Source: Sedimentisphaerales bacterium (lineage in GTDB: Bacteria; Planctomycetota; Phycisphaerae; Sedimentisphaerales; Anaerobacaceae). From it: DNA of 64,000 nt. This document shows positions 42,075 to 53,337 of the stretch, in pieces. The stretch's first letter is position 1. The number at the start of each line of letters is the position of its first letter. Where the stretch lies: assembly GCA_040772485.1 (NCBI GenBank), contig JAXGYC010000009.1, forward strand, positions 384,001 through 448,000, written 5' to 3'. Position numbers and translations under genes: made by a program. The notes beneath the pieces are model-generated. The model made no database searches. It was not told where the DNA came from and was given only the letters and a program-made list of their open reading frames with translations.

Positions 42075-43050
42075 GTCCTCCTCCCGATCCCGCCGTGCAT
42101 CGGGGCGCCCTGTGCCCGTCGGATCTGTCGGCGGCGCATCCGGTCCTGCAGGAACTCCAGCAGGGCCAGGTCGAACGGACGATCCGTGGCGAACAGATGG
42201 TAGTCGATCCCCAGTCTCTGGCACGCGGTCCGGGCCGTGGCCAGATGCGTTTCGAGCATGCGTTTATAGCCCTTCTGGGCGGCGGGCGGATCGACGTACA
42301 TGTCACGACCCGACTCGATGTCGCGGAAGACGGCGGGCGTGTCGAAATCGAAGTTCAGTTCGGTTGGGTCCAGCACCTGGAACACGACGACGTCGTGACC
42401 TCCGGCGGCCAGATAGCCCAGGTCGGATTCGAGCCAGTCGATCGAGGCCAGCAGATCGGAGACCAGCACGATCAGCCCTCGCTTGGTGAGCATCTGCGCC
42501 AGGCGTTGGAGCGGCGGTCCCAGGTCGGTGGCGCGCCCCTGCGGCTCGGTGTCCAGGGCCAGCATCAGGCGGCGCAGATAGCTGGGCCGGTTGCGGGGCG
42601 GCAGGTACTGGCCGATCCGGTCGTCGAACGTCGCCAGCCCGACCGCATCCCCCTGGGTGAACAGGAAGTACGCCAGCGTGGCGGCCAGCGTTCCGGCGTA
42701 CTGGCTCTTGGTGTACCCGGTGGAACCGTAGCTCATCGACCGGCTCTGGTCGATCAGCAGGTGACAGCGCAGGTTCGTCTCGTCCTCGAACTTCTTGATG
42801 TAGAAACGGTCGCTGCGCGCATAGACCCGCCAGTCAATGTACCGGGGGTCGTCTCCGGCGCTGTATTGGCGATACTCGGTGAACTCGACGGAGAAGCCGT
42901 GATAGGGGCTTCGATGGATTCCTCGCAGAAATCCCTGGACGATCCCCTTGGCGCGCAGCTCCATCGACCTGATCTTCATCAGAGCGGCCGGATCGACCAT
43001 CCCGCCGTTGGCGGCGGTCGTCCTGGACCCGAATGGAGCCGGTGTCTGCG

Positions 43051-43054
<4 letters not shown>
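42071..43054 (-). CDS. DUF58 domain protein
   Basis: GIHRSPYHGFSVEFTEYRQY..GDD.R.IDW; DQSRSM. Confidence 0.93.
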
Positions 43055-44055
<1,001 letters not shown>

Positions 44056-44080
44056 GACCCTTGTCCTTTCATACAAGTCC

Positions 44081-44129
44081 TATTCGTCCCATGCGTCCCA
44101 TAGGACCTATAGGACTCATGGGACGAATA
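44081..44129. repeat. 49-bp near-perfect palindrome with 9-bp periodicity
   Basis: 24-nt arms match at 22/24. Confidence 0.9.
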
Positions 44130-44146
44130 AGGTCCCACGGACCAAC

Positions 44147-45025
44147 TCAGTGTGTCATCGCATAGAACACAATGTTGATTCCCATGGGATAGGCCTTCTT
44201 CTCTGAGAACTCGCGGAAGTACCACTCGTCCTCGCCCTCGCGTTCCCATCCATCGCCGAGGTCGGTGTTGTGGCAGATGATCGCCATCATCCGTCCCTTG
44301 TCATCGTAGAGGGCTTTGAAGTGAACCTGTCGCGCATCTTCGCGTTCCCAGGTGATGCCATAAGGCCGGCCGCGCAGCGCGGCGTCGATGCTCGGTATCT
44401 GAGGCTTCTCCTTCAGGTCGAATACCGCATGGAAGATCGGATGAGTCAGCGGCAACTCGACCGGCTCACGCTCGGGGAAGACGCGTTTGATCTCATAGTA
44501 GAAGTTGTACCACTCATCCTCGCCCCAGAAGTCGTCAACCATCAGGAATCCGCCATTGAGCAGATAGCGTCGCAGCGCCTGGACCTCCTCTTCCGTGAAC
44601 ACCAGCGCTCCGGGCTCGACGATGTAGATGAACGGATAATGAAACAGCTCGGGGTCCGTCAGTTGGAGGATCAGCCCGTCCGGGTTGACCTCCATCGACG
44701 TCAGTTGGTGCAGGCGATAGGAGAAGTTCAGGTCGCTGTCGGGGTAATCGGTCGCCCAGCGTCCCCCTCCGAATCCGCGCCCGAATCCTCGACGGCCGCC
44801 TCGACCGCCGCCCCTCGGACCATAAGGTCCTGGACCATATCCGTATCCGGAGGAGTACTCGATTCGCACGAAGGTGAACACGTCGTGGACGAACTCCTTG
44901 TCGGGTTCCCACTCGGGCACGCCGGAACGAGCGTCGCGACGATCATAGTATCGCTGTGCGAACACCAGCGTCCCGCTGACGCCGAGGACGACGAGCAGTC
45001 CAAGAAACAAACGTGTCCTGGTCAT
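44147..45025 (-). CDS. DUF4159 domain protein
   Basis: WATDYPDSD, YLLNGGFLMVDDFWG, NTDLGDGWE, MGINIVFYAMTH. Confidence 0.9.
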   Translation of the reverse strand: MTRTRLFLGLLVVLGVSGTLVFAQRYYDRRDARSGVPEWEPDKEFVHDVFTFVRIEYSSGYGYGPGPYGPRGGGRGGRRGFGRGFGGGRWATDYPDSDLNFSYRLHQLTSMEVNPDGLILQLTDPELFHYPFIYIVEPGALVFTEEEVQALRRYLLNGGFLMVDDFWGEDEWYNFYYEIKRVFPEREPVELPLTHPIFHAVFDLKEKPQIPSIDAALRGRPYGITWEREDARQVHFKALYDDKGRMMAIICHNTDLGDGWEREGEDEWYFREFSEKKAYPMGINIVFYAMTH

Positions 45026-47628
45026 TGGGCGCCCCCCTGGTTCTTGCCGTCCGAATCGGTGACCATTTCCAGCAGCAGCCGGTGCCCGTCGCGGAAGCGC
45101 GGCGCATCGGCGAGGGCCTCCAGGACGTGGCGTCGGGCGGCGTCGGGATCCTCGTGCCGCAGCAACCGCCCCAGGCGATAGTGGACTTCGACCGGGTCCG
45201 CCGGGTCCAGCAGCAACAAGCGTCGATACGATTCGACGGCGCGTTCGCTGCGGCCGAGTTCCTCGGCGGCCCGACCGATCCACCCGTAGGCGCTACTCAG
45301 CATGGGGTAGACCGCCAGGTAGCGGTCGCCATTTTCCACCACCTGCTCCCAGGACTGCTGCTCGGCCGCGATCTCCATCAGCCGCAGATACGCGTCGGCC
45401 GCATCAGATGACATCTTCGCCAGCTTGCTGAGGGCATCATGCTCCTGCTGCGTCTCGCCAAGTTTGCGATGCACCGCTGCCAGGAGCTGATAGGCGTTGT
45501 CCTCCTCGACGTGCGCAGGGTAGAGCGAGATCAGTCTTTCGAGCGGCTCTTTGGCCTCCTCCCACTGTTCGCTCTTCAGCAGCATCTGCGCCTGAAGCCG
45601 CAACGCCCAGAAACTGTTCGGATGTCCGGCCAGCCAGCCCGCCACTGCCTGCGGATCAGCGGGATCGACCTGTTCTTCGCTCGGCTCGTCCCAGTCGGCC
45701 TGCGGCGCCATTGCCTCCGCACGTTTTCGAGCGAAGGCTTCAAACTGCTCTTCGAGCTGCGCCATCGGGGCGGCGTGCTTGGAGAGAGTCGCGTTGATCT
45801 CCTGTCCCTCCGCCAGGTCGGCCAGGATCGCCCGGATCGATTCCTGGCCGAAACGCTCGACGAGGAACTCGACCACCAGCAACGATTCGCAGTAGGCGAA
45901 CTGAAGGTGCATTGGCGTGGGCGGATTCAGGAACGCGCCGCTGAGCTTGCCGATCGGGGTCAGCTCGCCGGTCAGGATCATCCGGCGATAGCGCGGGTTC
46001 ATCCGCTGGCCCCACGTCGGGTTGCGCTGCGATTCCTCGTACACGGAGATTCCTTCGCTCAGCCAGCGCGGCATCTTGTTTCGCGTCAGGTGGAGTGTCA
46101 CGACGTGACAGAATTCGTGCCACAACACAGCTTGCCAGTTCGCAGGGCGCTGCGCCTTAGGACTGTTGGCGGTAATGACGCTGCCGAAACAGACGCCGAG
46201 ATATCCGTCGACGTCGGGAATCCCGAACGTGCGCACCGCGAAATCCTGCAGATTGGCAAACAGCTCGACCGTCACAGGGCTGTCGAGCTGAAGGCCGTAT
46301 TTCTCGCACAGTTCCGACCGCGCCTGCTTGAGCAGGGCCAGCGCTTGGTCGCCATAGACCGCCGCCTCCAACTCGTTCATTCGCAGCACGAACCCATCGG
46401 CCTCCAGCGTCTTGAACTTGGACATGCTGTCTTGCAGTGTGCTCAGGTTGTAGGCCTTGACGTTGTACGGGTCCGCATCGGCCACCTGATTCGCCAGCGT
46501 CCAGCCTTCCTTTTCCTGCCCCAGCCGCAGCAGGTCTTCGGCCAGTTGGATTCGGGCCGGCACGTGGTTCGGGTCGAATTGCAGCGCGCGACGCTGGAAC
46601 GCGCTTGCCTCCGAGAACCGGTACTTCTGCGAAAGCTTGGCGCCGATCAGGTGATCGACCTGCGGATTGGTTGCCCAGAACTTGAGCGCCTTGGCCCGGC
46701 AGACTTTGGCCTCGTTGGGATCGTTGGCCAGATGAGCGAGCAGCGCACGGTAGGCCCACGCCTCCGGCCGCCAGGGATTGACCTGCAGCGTCCGTTCCAG
46801 CGACTTGGCGGCGCCCTCGTAGTCTTCGCAGTCGATCTGGTGTTCCGCCAGCAGGATCAGGGCCGGCGCGTGGTTCGGATTCGCGACGAAAGCGGCGTCC
46901 AGCGACTGCATCATCGCCCGGCGGTCGCTGTGGTAGAAGGCCGTTGCCAGTCCGTAGTGAGCATCCGGGTCGTCGCCGAATCGCTCCAGGGCCTTGTGGA
47001 ATTGCTCGGCGGCCAGCTCGTAATCCTGCTTGGCCATCGCCAGATCGCCGGCGGCCAGGTACGCCTCGCGGCAGTTCGGGTCGTTCTCGAGGGCGCGATT
47101 GTAGAAATCCCGCAAAACGATGCGTGGTTCCGCGCCCAGCAAGAGCAGCGATTGCCCGAGAGCGACCAGATCCGAACTGGTTATAAAGGCCAATCGGCGC
47201 GCGGACGCGATTCGGTAGGTCTTCTCCAGCATCTCTCGGGCCAGATCGGTTTGACCGTTGGATGTGTACACCGTATGGGCGAGCTTCAGCAGCCTGAGGT
47301 TGAGCGGGTACTGGACGAGGATCGAATCCATCTCCCGAGCGGCCTCTTCATATTGGCCCAGGGCCAGCATGGATTCGGTCAGGAGGATGCGCCATTGAGG
47401 CTGGTACGCCGAATCCGCAATGGCCTTCTGCGCCGAGTCCAGAGACGCACGGTACTGACCCTTTCGGAATTGCTCCTGCGATGCGTCAAGACCGGCAGCC
47501 CGCACGGACCCTGTCGATCCGAGCGCCAGCAAGATGCAGGCTCCGATTCCCAGCAGACGCCTGCGGCGCGAATCCTGTCGGTCCAACGAAATCATCCGTC
47601 TGCCTACTCGGTAGGGTGTGCACCGCAC
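45022..47628 (-). CDS. Exported TPR protein with HEXXH metallopeptidase domain (start GTG 47628 or ATG 47595)
   Basis: TPR repeats; WHEFCH; PRWLSEG. Confidence 0.88.
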   Translation of the reverse strand: MRCTPYRVGRRMISLDRQDSRRRRLLGIGACILLALGSTGSVRAAGLDASQEQFRKGQYRASLDSAQKAIADSAYQPQWRILLTESMLALGQYEEAAREMDSILVQYPLNLRLLKLAHTVYTSNGQTDLAREMLEKTYRIASARRLAFITSSDLVALGQSLLLLGAEPRIVLRDFYNRALENDPNCREAYLAAGDLAMAKQDYELAAEQFHKALERFGDDPDAHYGLATAFYHSDRRAMMQSLDAAFVANPNHAPALILLAEHQIDCEDYEGAAKSLERTLQVNPWRPEAWAYRALLAHLANDPNEAKVCRAKALKFWATNPQVDHLIGAKLSQKYRFSEASAFQRRALQFDPNHVPARIQLAEDLLRLGQEKEGWTLANQVADADPYNVKAYNLSTLQDSMSKFKTLEADGFVLRMNELEAAVYGDQALALLKQARSELCEKYGLQLDSPVTVELFANLQDFAVRTFGIPDVDGYLGVCFGSVITANSPKAQRPANWQAVLWHEFCHVVTLHLTRNKMPRWLSEGISVYEESQRNPTWGQRMNPRYRRMILTGELTPIGKLSGAFLNPPTPMHLQFAYCESLLVVEFLVERFGQESIRAILADLAEGQEINATLSKHAAPMAQLEEQFEAFARKRAEAMAPQADWDEPSEEQVDPADPQAVAGWLAGHPNSFWALRLQAQMLLKSEQWEEAKEPLERLISLYPAHVEEDNAYQLLAAVHRKLGETQQEHDALSKLAKMSSDAADAYLRLMEIAAEQQSWEQVVENGDRYLAVYPMLSSAYGWIGRAAEELGRSERAVESYRRLLLLDPADPVEVHYRLGRLLRHEDPDAARRHVLEALADAPRFRDGHRLLLEMVTDSDGKNQGGAQ

Positions 47629-47631
47629 ACC
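47611..47631 (+). repeat. GTAG-type REP-like element identical to 24161
   Basis: GTAGGGTGTGCACCGCACACC. Confidence 0.8.
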
Positions 47632-47938
47632 TTTCCTCTTGTCAAATGCCCCGAATCAAGCAGGCATTTGGATAGCCTTTCACGAGCTACGATTGGCAGT
47701 CCTCCGGACCGCCCATCATGCCATGATAGTGGCAAGTCGTACTGTGCCGTTACTGTTTTTTCTGCGGCCCCCATGAATGGACCGCCCATCGTGCTACGTG
47801 GGCTACGCGGTCGGGCCGGTGGAGGTTCGAGAGGGGCTCTCTCGTGAGTGGAAGCAGAGAAGAACCACCAGCCCGGTGGCCACTGGAATGGAGCTGCCAC
47901 GTAGACGCGATCCAAAGACACCTGTCCGGAAATGCCGG

Positions 47939-50900
47939 TTAGCGATCCCTGCCGCCGGCATCGCTCGGCAGCAGCGAAAGGATGTAGCTGCGGCGCGAGC
48001 GGACGAACTGCTTGATCCCGTTGCGTCGCCCGTCGTCGAAACCTTCCGCGTCGAGGGCATCGGCCGCGTCATCGAGAAACCGATCGAATTCTGTCGGAGG
48101 ATCGCTGGTCCCGTACGATGTTTGCCAGGGGCCCTCGACGAGTTCTCTCAGTGCATCGAGGTACGCCTGACGGTACTTGGGGTAGTTGAGGAACTGGTAC
48201 ACCTCCGGGAAGAGACCCGAATTGGTCGGAGGCAGCGATGTGGATGGGCCGTCACCCGAGCCGAGTGTGAAGTCAATATCCCAGGGCAACAGGTACCATT
48301 TGCCTTCGTTCGAGGCGTAGTAGAAGGCGTTGTTCTTGCCCCGGCGGTATCCGTAGCTGTCCCAGTCGCCCACCGTATGGCGGATCGCCAGCATGGTGGC
48401 GAAATGCTCGGGATGAAGGACTGATTCGATGGTCTGCTCGTACATCGGATTGCCGGACGGCGTGTTCATCGCGGCGGCGAAGTCGAGCAGATGATCCCAT
48501 TCATCGTCTTCCCGATGCGAGCGTTTCTCAAAACCCCAGCGATACGTCTCCTTGGTCAGGGGATGCCGGGAATCGTACTTCAGGCCTTCGTCGAGGTTCG
48601 AGTAGCCGGTGCCGTTGGATGAATACTCGAAGTAATCATCGATCTTGTGGATGTATCCATCCGCATCGTCAGGGAACCACCTATCGACATAATCCCCGTC
48701 GATCTTCTGGACGTCTTCGTAGTTGCTGTGGCTCCTGCCGTTGATGATCAGGCGGACGTATTCCTGCGTCGAGAATTGCAGGCCCATCTTTCGATAGAAC
48801 CAGTAGGAGGCGCGTTCCTGGAGTGGGCCCCGACTGCTGCCTTCGGTGGCGTCGAGGTTGATCTCCTCGCGGCCGCGGAACGCCTGATCCGGGTTGAAAT
48901 CGATGCGGTACCCGTAGCGGTCGCGCGGATCGCGGCCGGAGCCGCTGCGGATGAACGGACTGCCACGGAAACGAAGGCCGCAGTTGTAGAACACTTCCGT
49001 GTCGTTGTAGACGAACGTGCAATCCATCAACTCATTCGAGAGGTTGGGTCGCGAGCGGAAGGTGCTGATGACGTCGTCGCTCAGCCAGACGCGATAGGTG
49101 GCGAATCGGCTGTTCAGTTTCACGTCACCGACGCGGACCAGGCAGGTGCGATCGGGTACGTCGGCGGTGGGGTCCAGCCGGCTGGGGAAGCGTGTGAAGG
49201 CCGTACCATCGATGGCCTCGATGTAAAAGGCGCGCATTGCGCCGGCCGAGACGCCGGGAATCGTGGCGGTGTAGAGGCCGTCGCCGGCGATCAAATCGTC
49301 GCCCGATCCGTCATCGACCATCGAGACATTGGCATAGGTGCCGCTCCCTTCGGTTCGATAGCTGAGTGTGGCGGCGACCACGCCGTCGTTGTCGGTGATG
49401 CGTGCGGTAACGACGATCGGCTCGCCGGAGGCGGGAAGAACCGGGCTGTGACAGACCTCCAGAATGTCCGGCGCCCGGTTAGCGGTAAAGGCGGTGTTCT
49501 GCAAGCCGGGCGTGCCCAGATTGAAGGGGATTTCCAGTTCGAAGGCATAGGCCGGCCGCGGCGGCTGCACCGGCGACTGCTCGCGCGTCGTTCGCAGGAG
49601 CAGGTATCGACTGCCTCGAATCCAGCGGGCCCAGCCGCGGAACGTCACCGCGCCGCTGGCGCCCGAAATGGACTGGTTGACACGGTTGGCTCCCGGATCG
49701 CCGTGTCCCGTGGCGATCAGATGCAATGCGCGCGAGCCGGAGTGGCGATCGGAGGCGGTCACGAAGGATCGAACGTGATTGCCGAGAATTCGCCAGGGGG
49801 AGGTGCCATTCTCGAAACCGGCGTTGGTCAGGCGGTTGGTCCCGCTGACGACCAGTTCGAGGTCGTCGAGGAGCAGCTCGCCCCGGTTCAGGAGCATCAT
49901 GTCGAAGATGGTGGCCTGATCGTGCGTATACTGCGAATCGGTGGCGCTGATGGTGAAGGAGAATTCCTGCCAGGCGGTCTTGCTGCTCTCGTCGCTGGCG
50001 GCCCACGCGTCGGGGTTGCGGTTGTTGCTGCGCGGGTCGCGCAGCTCCAGGCTGGCTCCCTGGCCGTCAGCCCAGATGGGCCATCGTCCGCCATCACAGT
50101 ACGTGACTTCATCGGCGGTCACTTGTAGGGGCGAATCATCATTCGCCCCTGCGGCCTGGCCGTTTGTCTGCGCGAGCGGATAGGACAGCCGGATGCAGTC
50201 GCTGTGATCGTTCAGGCTGCCGGAATAGGGACCGAACAGATTGACTCCGACATGGAGGTTCTCATACACCGCCGCAAGGAAGTTCGGCTCGCTGGCGACG
50301 ACGAGATAGCCGCCGGACGCCAGCTCGGCGCCCTCCGGGAAGGTGTAGTCGATCCCTGCTGTGAAGGCCCATCCGCTCAGGGATACGGTTTGAGTGCCCT
50401 TATTGTACAGCTCGACGTATTCGAATCGCTCATCGCGAATGGCGTGGTGGTACATGATCTCATTGATCACGATGCCGCCGATGTGTTCCTGGTCGTTGGG
50501 TGCGGCGAACGTCGGCGAGGCCAGGAAACCGAGACTGTCGGAGCCGTCGGGTGTCCGGCCGAACGTGACATCGGGCGGCGTCGCTCCGTAACGGAACGCG
50601 TCCAGCACGCGAACCGGCTGTGGCATCGGACCGCCGTTGGCAGCCGTCACGTAGACCGTCTCGCCCGCCGCACTCAACCCGAACGGCAGTCCATCCGGCC
50701 CAGTCCCTTCGCTGACGGCCCGGAATTCGCCCGGCTCCAGTATGATGCCGTCCGGGAGCCGGTACTTCATCAGGTCGGCGGGATCATCGCTGAGATACAC
50801 GTTGTTCAGACTGACCGCAATCGGCCCGGGGTTGTACAGCTCAACCCAATCGAAGGGCGAATGATTATTTGCCCCTACCGGGTTGGCCATCACCTCGTTG

Positions 50901-52069
50901 ACCACCAGACGGGCGCGTGGATCATCGCCTCGCTCGACCGGCGCCAGGACCGCGCGAACGATCACGCATCCGAAGGCGTCGGAGCTGCCCGAGAGGCTGG
51001 CGTTGTGCACCTGGAAGGCCAGGACGTTCGTGCCGTTGACCAGCAGGTTTCTGTGGGTCAGCAGATCGACCACGGCCGGGTCCGGCTCGGAGGCCTGGCC
51101 TCCCCTCTGATCGAACGCCGGCGGGTTGCCCTGGATCTGTCCGGAATCGGCAATGCGCACACCGTTGAGATACAGCACGAAGTCGTCGTCGTACAGAACT
51201 TCCGCCTGCAACTGCGAGAAGGATCCGATCTGTTCGCTCGTCAGAACGAACGGCAACCGCGCGTAGACGGAGATGTAGTTGCCGTTCATGTCGTTCAACT
51301 GCGTGCCGATGTACTGAAGTTCCGCCGCATCGTTGCTGTACCCGTACCCGCTCGGACCGTCTCGCCAGGGCGTTGTGTTGGGGTCGTCGTTGAATTCCGG
51401 CTGTGTCCAGGCGATGGTGGCCTGTCCGCCGGGGCCGGGTGACGGTTCGGCGGTTCCCTTGAAGTATCGCCCCGGATGGTCCACATCGATGAGCGTCAGG
51501 ATGGACGGATCCTCGGACTCGACCTGGATCAGGTCGGGTCCGCCGGGCGTGCCGCCGATCGATGTGCTCGGCGCCCAGGTGGTTGCTTCGGCCGGATCGC
51601 CGCCCAGTCTGGCGAGCGTCAGCGAATGCCCTGCCCCGTCAGGACTGACCGGCCAGGGAGCGCTGGTCCCATAGCGGAACGAAATCAGTATCCCTCCGTT
51701 CTCATTGCACAGGACGATCCGCTCCCCATCGTTGCCCAGCCGGCCGGTGAAGGGTCCTTTGACCCCCGTGACCCCGTATGCGGCTTCGACAGCCGCCGGA
51801 TCCCGTGCGATGACCATGTGCTGCTTGGCGCCGAGGATCGTGCCCGGCTCGAAGATGTACTCAATGCCGCTGGTGAACGCACATCCGCCCAAGTCCTCGA
51901 AGACGGCGCGATCGTTGTACAGCTCGATGAATTCGAGCGATTCGGCCTGGTCGGCCGGATGGTACATGATCTCGCTGACGACCAGAGCGCTGGCCGATTG
52001 AGATGCCCAAAGGATCGCCATGCAGATCGCGGCCAGCAGGGTAGAGCAGTGCCCTCTGGATCGTCCCAT
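47939..52069 (-). CDS. Secreted protein with multiple lamin-tail domains and a CotH kinase-like domain
   Basis: Three (S/N)E(I/V)M...(F/W/Y)(I/V)ELYN units; RFRGS, DWDSY, NN, LLPWDID. Confidence 0.88.
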   Translation of the reverse strand: MGRSRGHCSTLLAAICMAILWASQSASALVVSEIMYHPADQAESLEFIELYNDRAVFEDLGGCAFTSGIEYIFEPGTILGAKQHMVIARDPAAVEAAYGVTGVKGPFTGRLGNDGERIVLCNENGGILISFRYGTSAPWPVSPDGAGHSLTLARLGGDPAEATTWAPSTSIGGTPGGPDLIQVESEDPSILTLIDVDHPGRYFKGTAEPSPGPGGQATIAWTQPEFNDDPNTTPWRDGPSGYGYSNDAAELQYIGTQLNDMNGNYISVYARLPFVLTSEQIGSFSQLQAEVLYDDDFVLYLNGVRIADSGQIQGNPPAFDQRGGQASEPDPAVVDLLTHRNLLVNGTNVLAFQVHNASLSGSSDAFGCVIVRAVLAPVERGDDPRARLVVNEVMANPVGANNHSPFDWVELYNPGPIAVSLNNVYLSDDPADLMKYRLPDGIILEPGEFRAVSEGTGPDGLPFGLSAAGETVYVTAANGGPMPQPVRVLDAFRYGATPPDVTFGRTPDGSDSLGFLASPTFAAPNDQEHIGGIVINEIMYHHAIRDERFEYVELYNKGTQTVSLSGWAFTAGIDYTFPEGAELASGGYLVVASEPNFLAAVYENLHVGVNLFGPYSGSLNDHSDCIRLSYPLAQTNGQAAGANDDSPLQVTADEVTYCDGGRWPIWADGQGASLELRDPRSNNRNPDAWAASDESSKTAWQEFSFTISATDSQYTHDQATIFDMMLLNRGELLLDDLELVVSGTNRLTNAGFENGTSPWRILGNHVRSFVTASDRHSGSRALHLIATGHGDPGANRVNQSISGASGAVTFRGWARWIRGSRYLLLRTTREQSPVQPPRPAYAFELEIPFNLGTPGLQNTAFTANRAPDILEVCHSPVLPASGEPIVVTARITDNDGVVAATLSYRTEGSGTYANVSMVDDGSGDDLIAGDGLYTATIPGVSAGAMRAFYIEAIDGTAFTRFPSRLDPTADVPDRTCLVRVGDVKLNSRFATYRVWLSDDVISTFRSRPNLSNELMDCTFVYNDTEVFYNCGLRFRGSPFIRSGSGRDPRDRYGYRIDFNPDQAFRGREEINLDATEGSSRGPLQERASYWFYRKMGLQFSTQEYVRLIINGRSHSNYEDVQKIDGDYVDRWFPDDADGYIHKIDDYFEYSSNGTGYSNLDEGLKYDSRHPLTKETYRWGFEKRSHREDDEWDHLLDFAAAMNTPSGNPMYEQTIESVLHPEHFATMLAIRHTVGDWDSYGYRRGKNNAFYYASNEGKWYLLPWDIDFTLGSGDGPSTSLPPTNSGLFPEVYQFLNYPKYRQAYLDALRELVEGPWQTSYGTSDPPTEFDRFLDDAADALDAEGFDDGRRNGIKQFVRSRRSYILSLLPSDAGGRDR
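50125..50152 (+). repeat. 28-bp GTAG REP-like palindrome inside CDS
   Basis: GTAGGGGCGAATCATCATTCGCCCCTGC. Confidence 0.85.
50851..50878 (-). repeat. 28-bp GTAG REP-like palindrome inside CDS
   Basis: Minus strand GTAGGGGCAAATAATCATTCGCCCTTCG. Confidence 0.8.
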
Positions 52070-52410
52070 TTCTATCCGGTCCTTTCTCCGGTGATGGTCA
52101 ACCACCCTTCAACCGCCTCCGCCGGCAGTCTCTGATGCTATGTGATCCATCCCAACATAAGAGTTCATATTCCCAATATCTCCCAAACAGCCATTTTACC
52201 AGATCGGCCGGGCAATTCGCAGTGCTTTTGCCGTCCGCGTTGGGTTTTGTCATGGCCAGAACCATTCCATAGGGGCTTGGCCAAGGGCGGCAAACACCCC
52301 CATGTTTCGTTGGATCGAGCGACTTCGGCTCTTGCTGGTTCTTCCTTAAGATAAGTATTTGCAGATACTTATAGAATCGCCGTGGGTGGTTGGGTGGTCT
52401 TGCCGCTCGC

Positions 52411-53142
52411 TCACGAGGCTCCGTCACTTGCGACGTGGCCCAGCAGTGAGTTCAGGACGGAATCGAGCAGTTCGCGGGACATTGAGAGGTTCGCGAGGCC
52501 TTGGGTAATCCGCTCGCGGTCCTGCACGAAAGGGGTCGGGATCAGCTCGTGACCACAATGGGCGAGCATCTTCTCAATGCTCTGGGCGGAGTATTCCAGG
52601 TGGAACTGGAGCCCAAGAACGTGTCCGGCGTACTCGAAGGCCTGGTTACGGCACGCCCGGCTCTGTGCGATGTGGATGGCGCCACGGGGGATTTCAAAGG
52701 TGTCACCGTGCCAGTGAAAGGCCATGAAACGCGTCGGCAGGTCGCGCAGCAGGGGGGCATGATCATTCGGTTCTGCCCCTGCGGATTCGGTCACCGTCTC
52801 GACCTCGAACCATCCGATCTCGATGTGCGGATTCTGGACGACCTTGGCGCCGAGGACGTCCGCGACAAGCTGGGCCCCCAGGCAAACCCCGAGTGTCGGT
52901 ATCCCCGCGCCAATGGCCTTCTCGATGAATCGTTTCTCCGCCAGCAGCCAGGGGTAATCGCGGTGCTGGTACACGTTCATCGGTCCGCCCATGACGGCCA
53001 GCGCGTCGATCTCTTTGACCTCTGGCATAGGGGCGCCGGTGTAGAGCCGTGTGTTTGTGACGGTATGGCCGTGTTGCTCGGCCCAGATGCCTATGTTGGC
53101 GGCATCCTCGAAAGGAACCTGTCCAAGCCAATGCAGTCTCAC
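52411..53142 (-). CDS. Type 1 glutamine amidotransferase (GMP-synthase-like)
   Basis: MGGPM, GVCLGAQ, WHGDTF, QFHLE; AAGGAG SD before GTG 53142. Confidence 0.92.
   Translation of the reverse strand: MRLHWLGQVPFEDAANIGIWAEQHGHTVTNTRLYTGAPMPEVKEIDALAVMGGPMNVYQHRDYPWLLAEKRFIEKAIGAGIPTLGVCLGAQLVADVLGAKVVQNPHIEIGWFEVETVTESAGAEPNDHAPLLRDLPTRFMAFHWHGDTFEIPRGAIHIAQSRACRNQAFEYAGHVLGLQFHLEYSAQSIEKMLAHCGHELIPTPFVQDRERITQGLANLSMSRELLDSVLNSLLGHVASDGAS
52749..52782 (-). repeat. Degenerate REP-like copy inside the GATase CDS
   Basis: Minus strand GCAGGGGC[AGAACC]GAATGATCATGCCCCCCTGC. Confidence 0.55.
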
Positions 53143-53260
53143 CTTTGTCGTCTCCTTGTCGAATCCTTGCTCAAAACGGCTCGCCTGCCCACAGACGACG
53201 GCAGGGCTCTCATAGCGCGCGTCACGCCGGCGTGCCAGACTCTTTCGTCCGGCAACGGTG

Positions 53261-53289
53261 TTGACGCTGTCGCATCTCTTGACTATATT
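53261..53289 (+). promoter_or_regulatory. Sigma70-type promoter for the MFS gene
   Basis: TTGACG-17 nt-TATATT. Confidence 0.6.
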
Positions 53290-53337
53290 TCGCAGTCCTT
53301 TTCTGTAGGTTCTCGAATTCCATCGGTGGCGTTCACT

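Noticed and set aside
53143..53260. Riboswitch in the GATase leader
   Set aside because: Only short hairpins, with no aptamer consensus I can recognise; an Rfam scan would settle it
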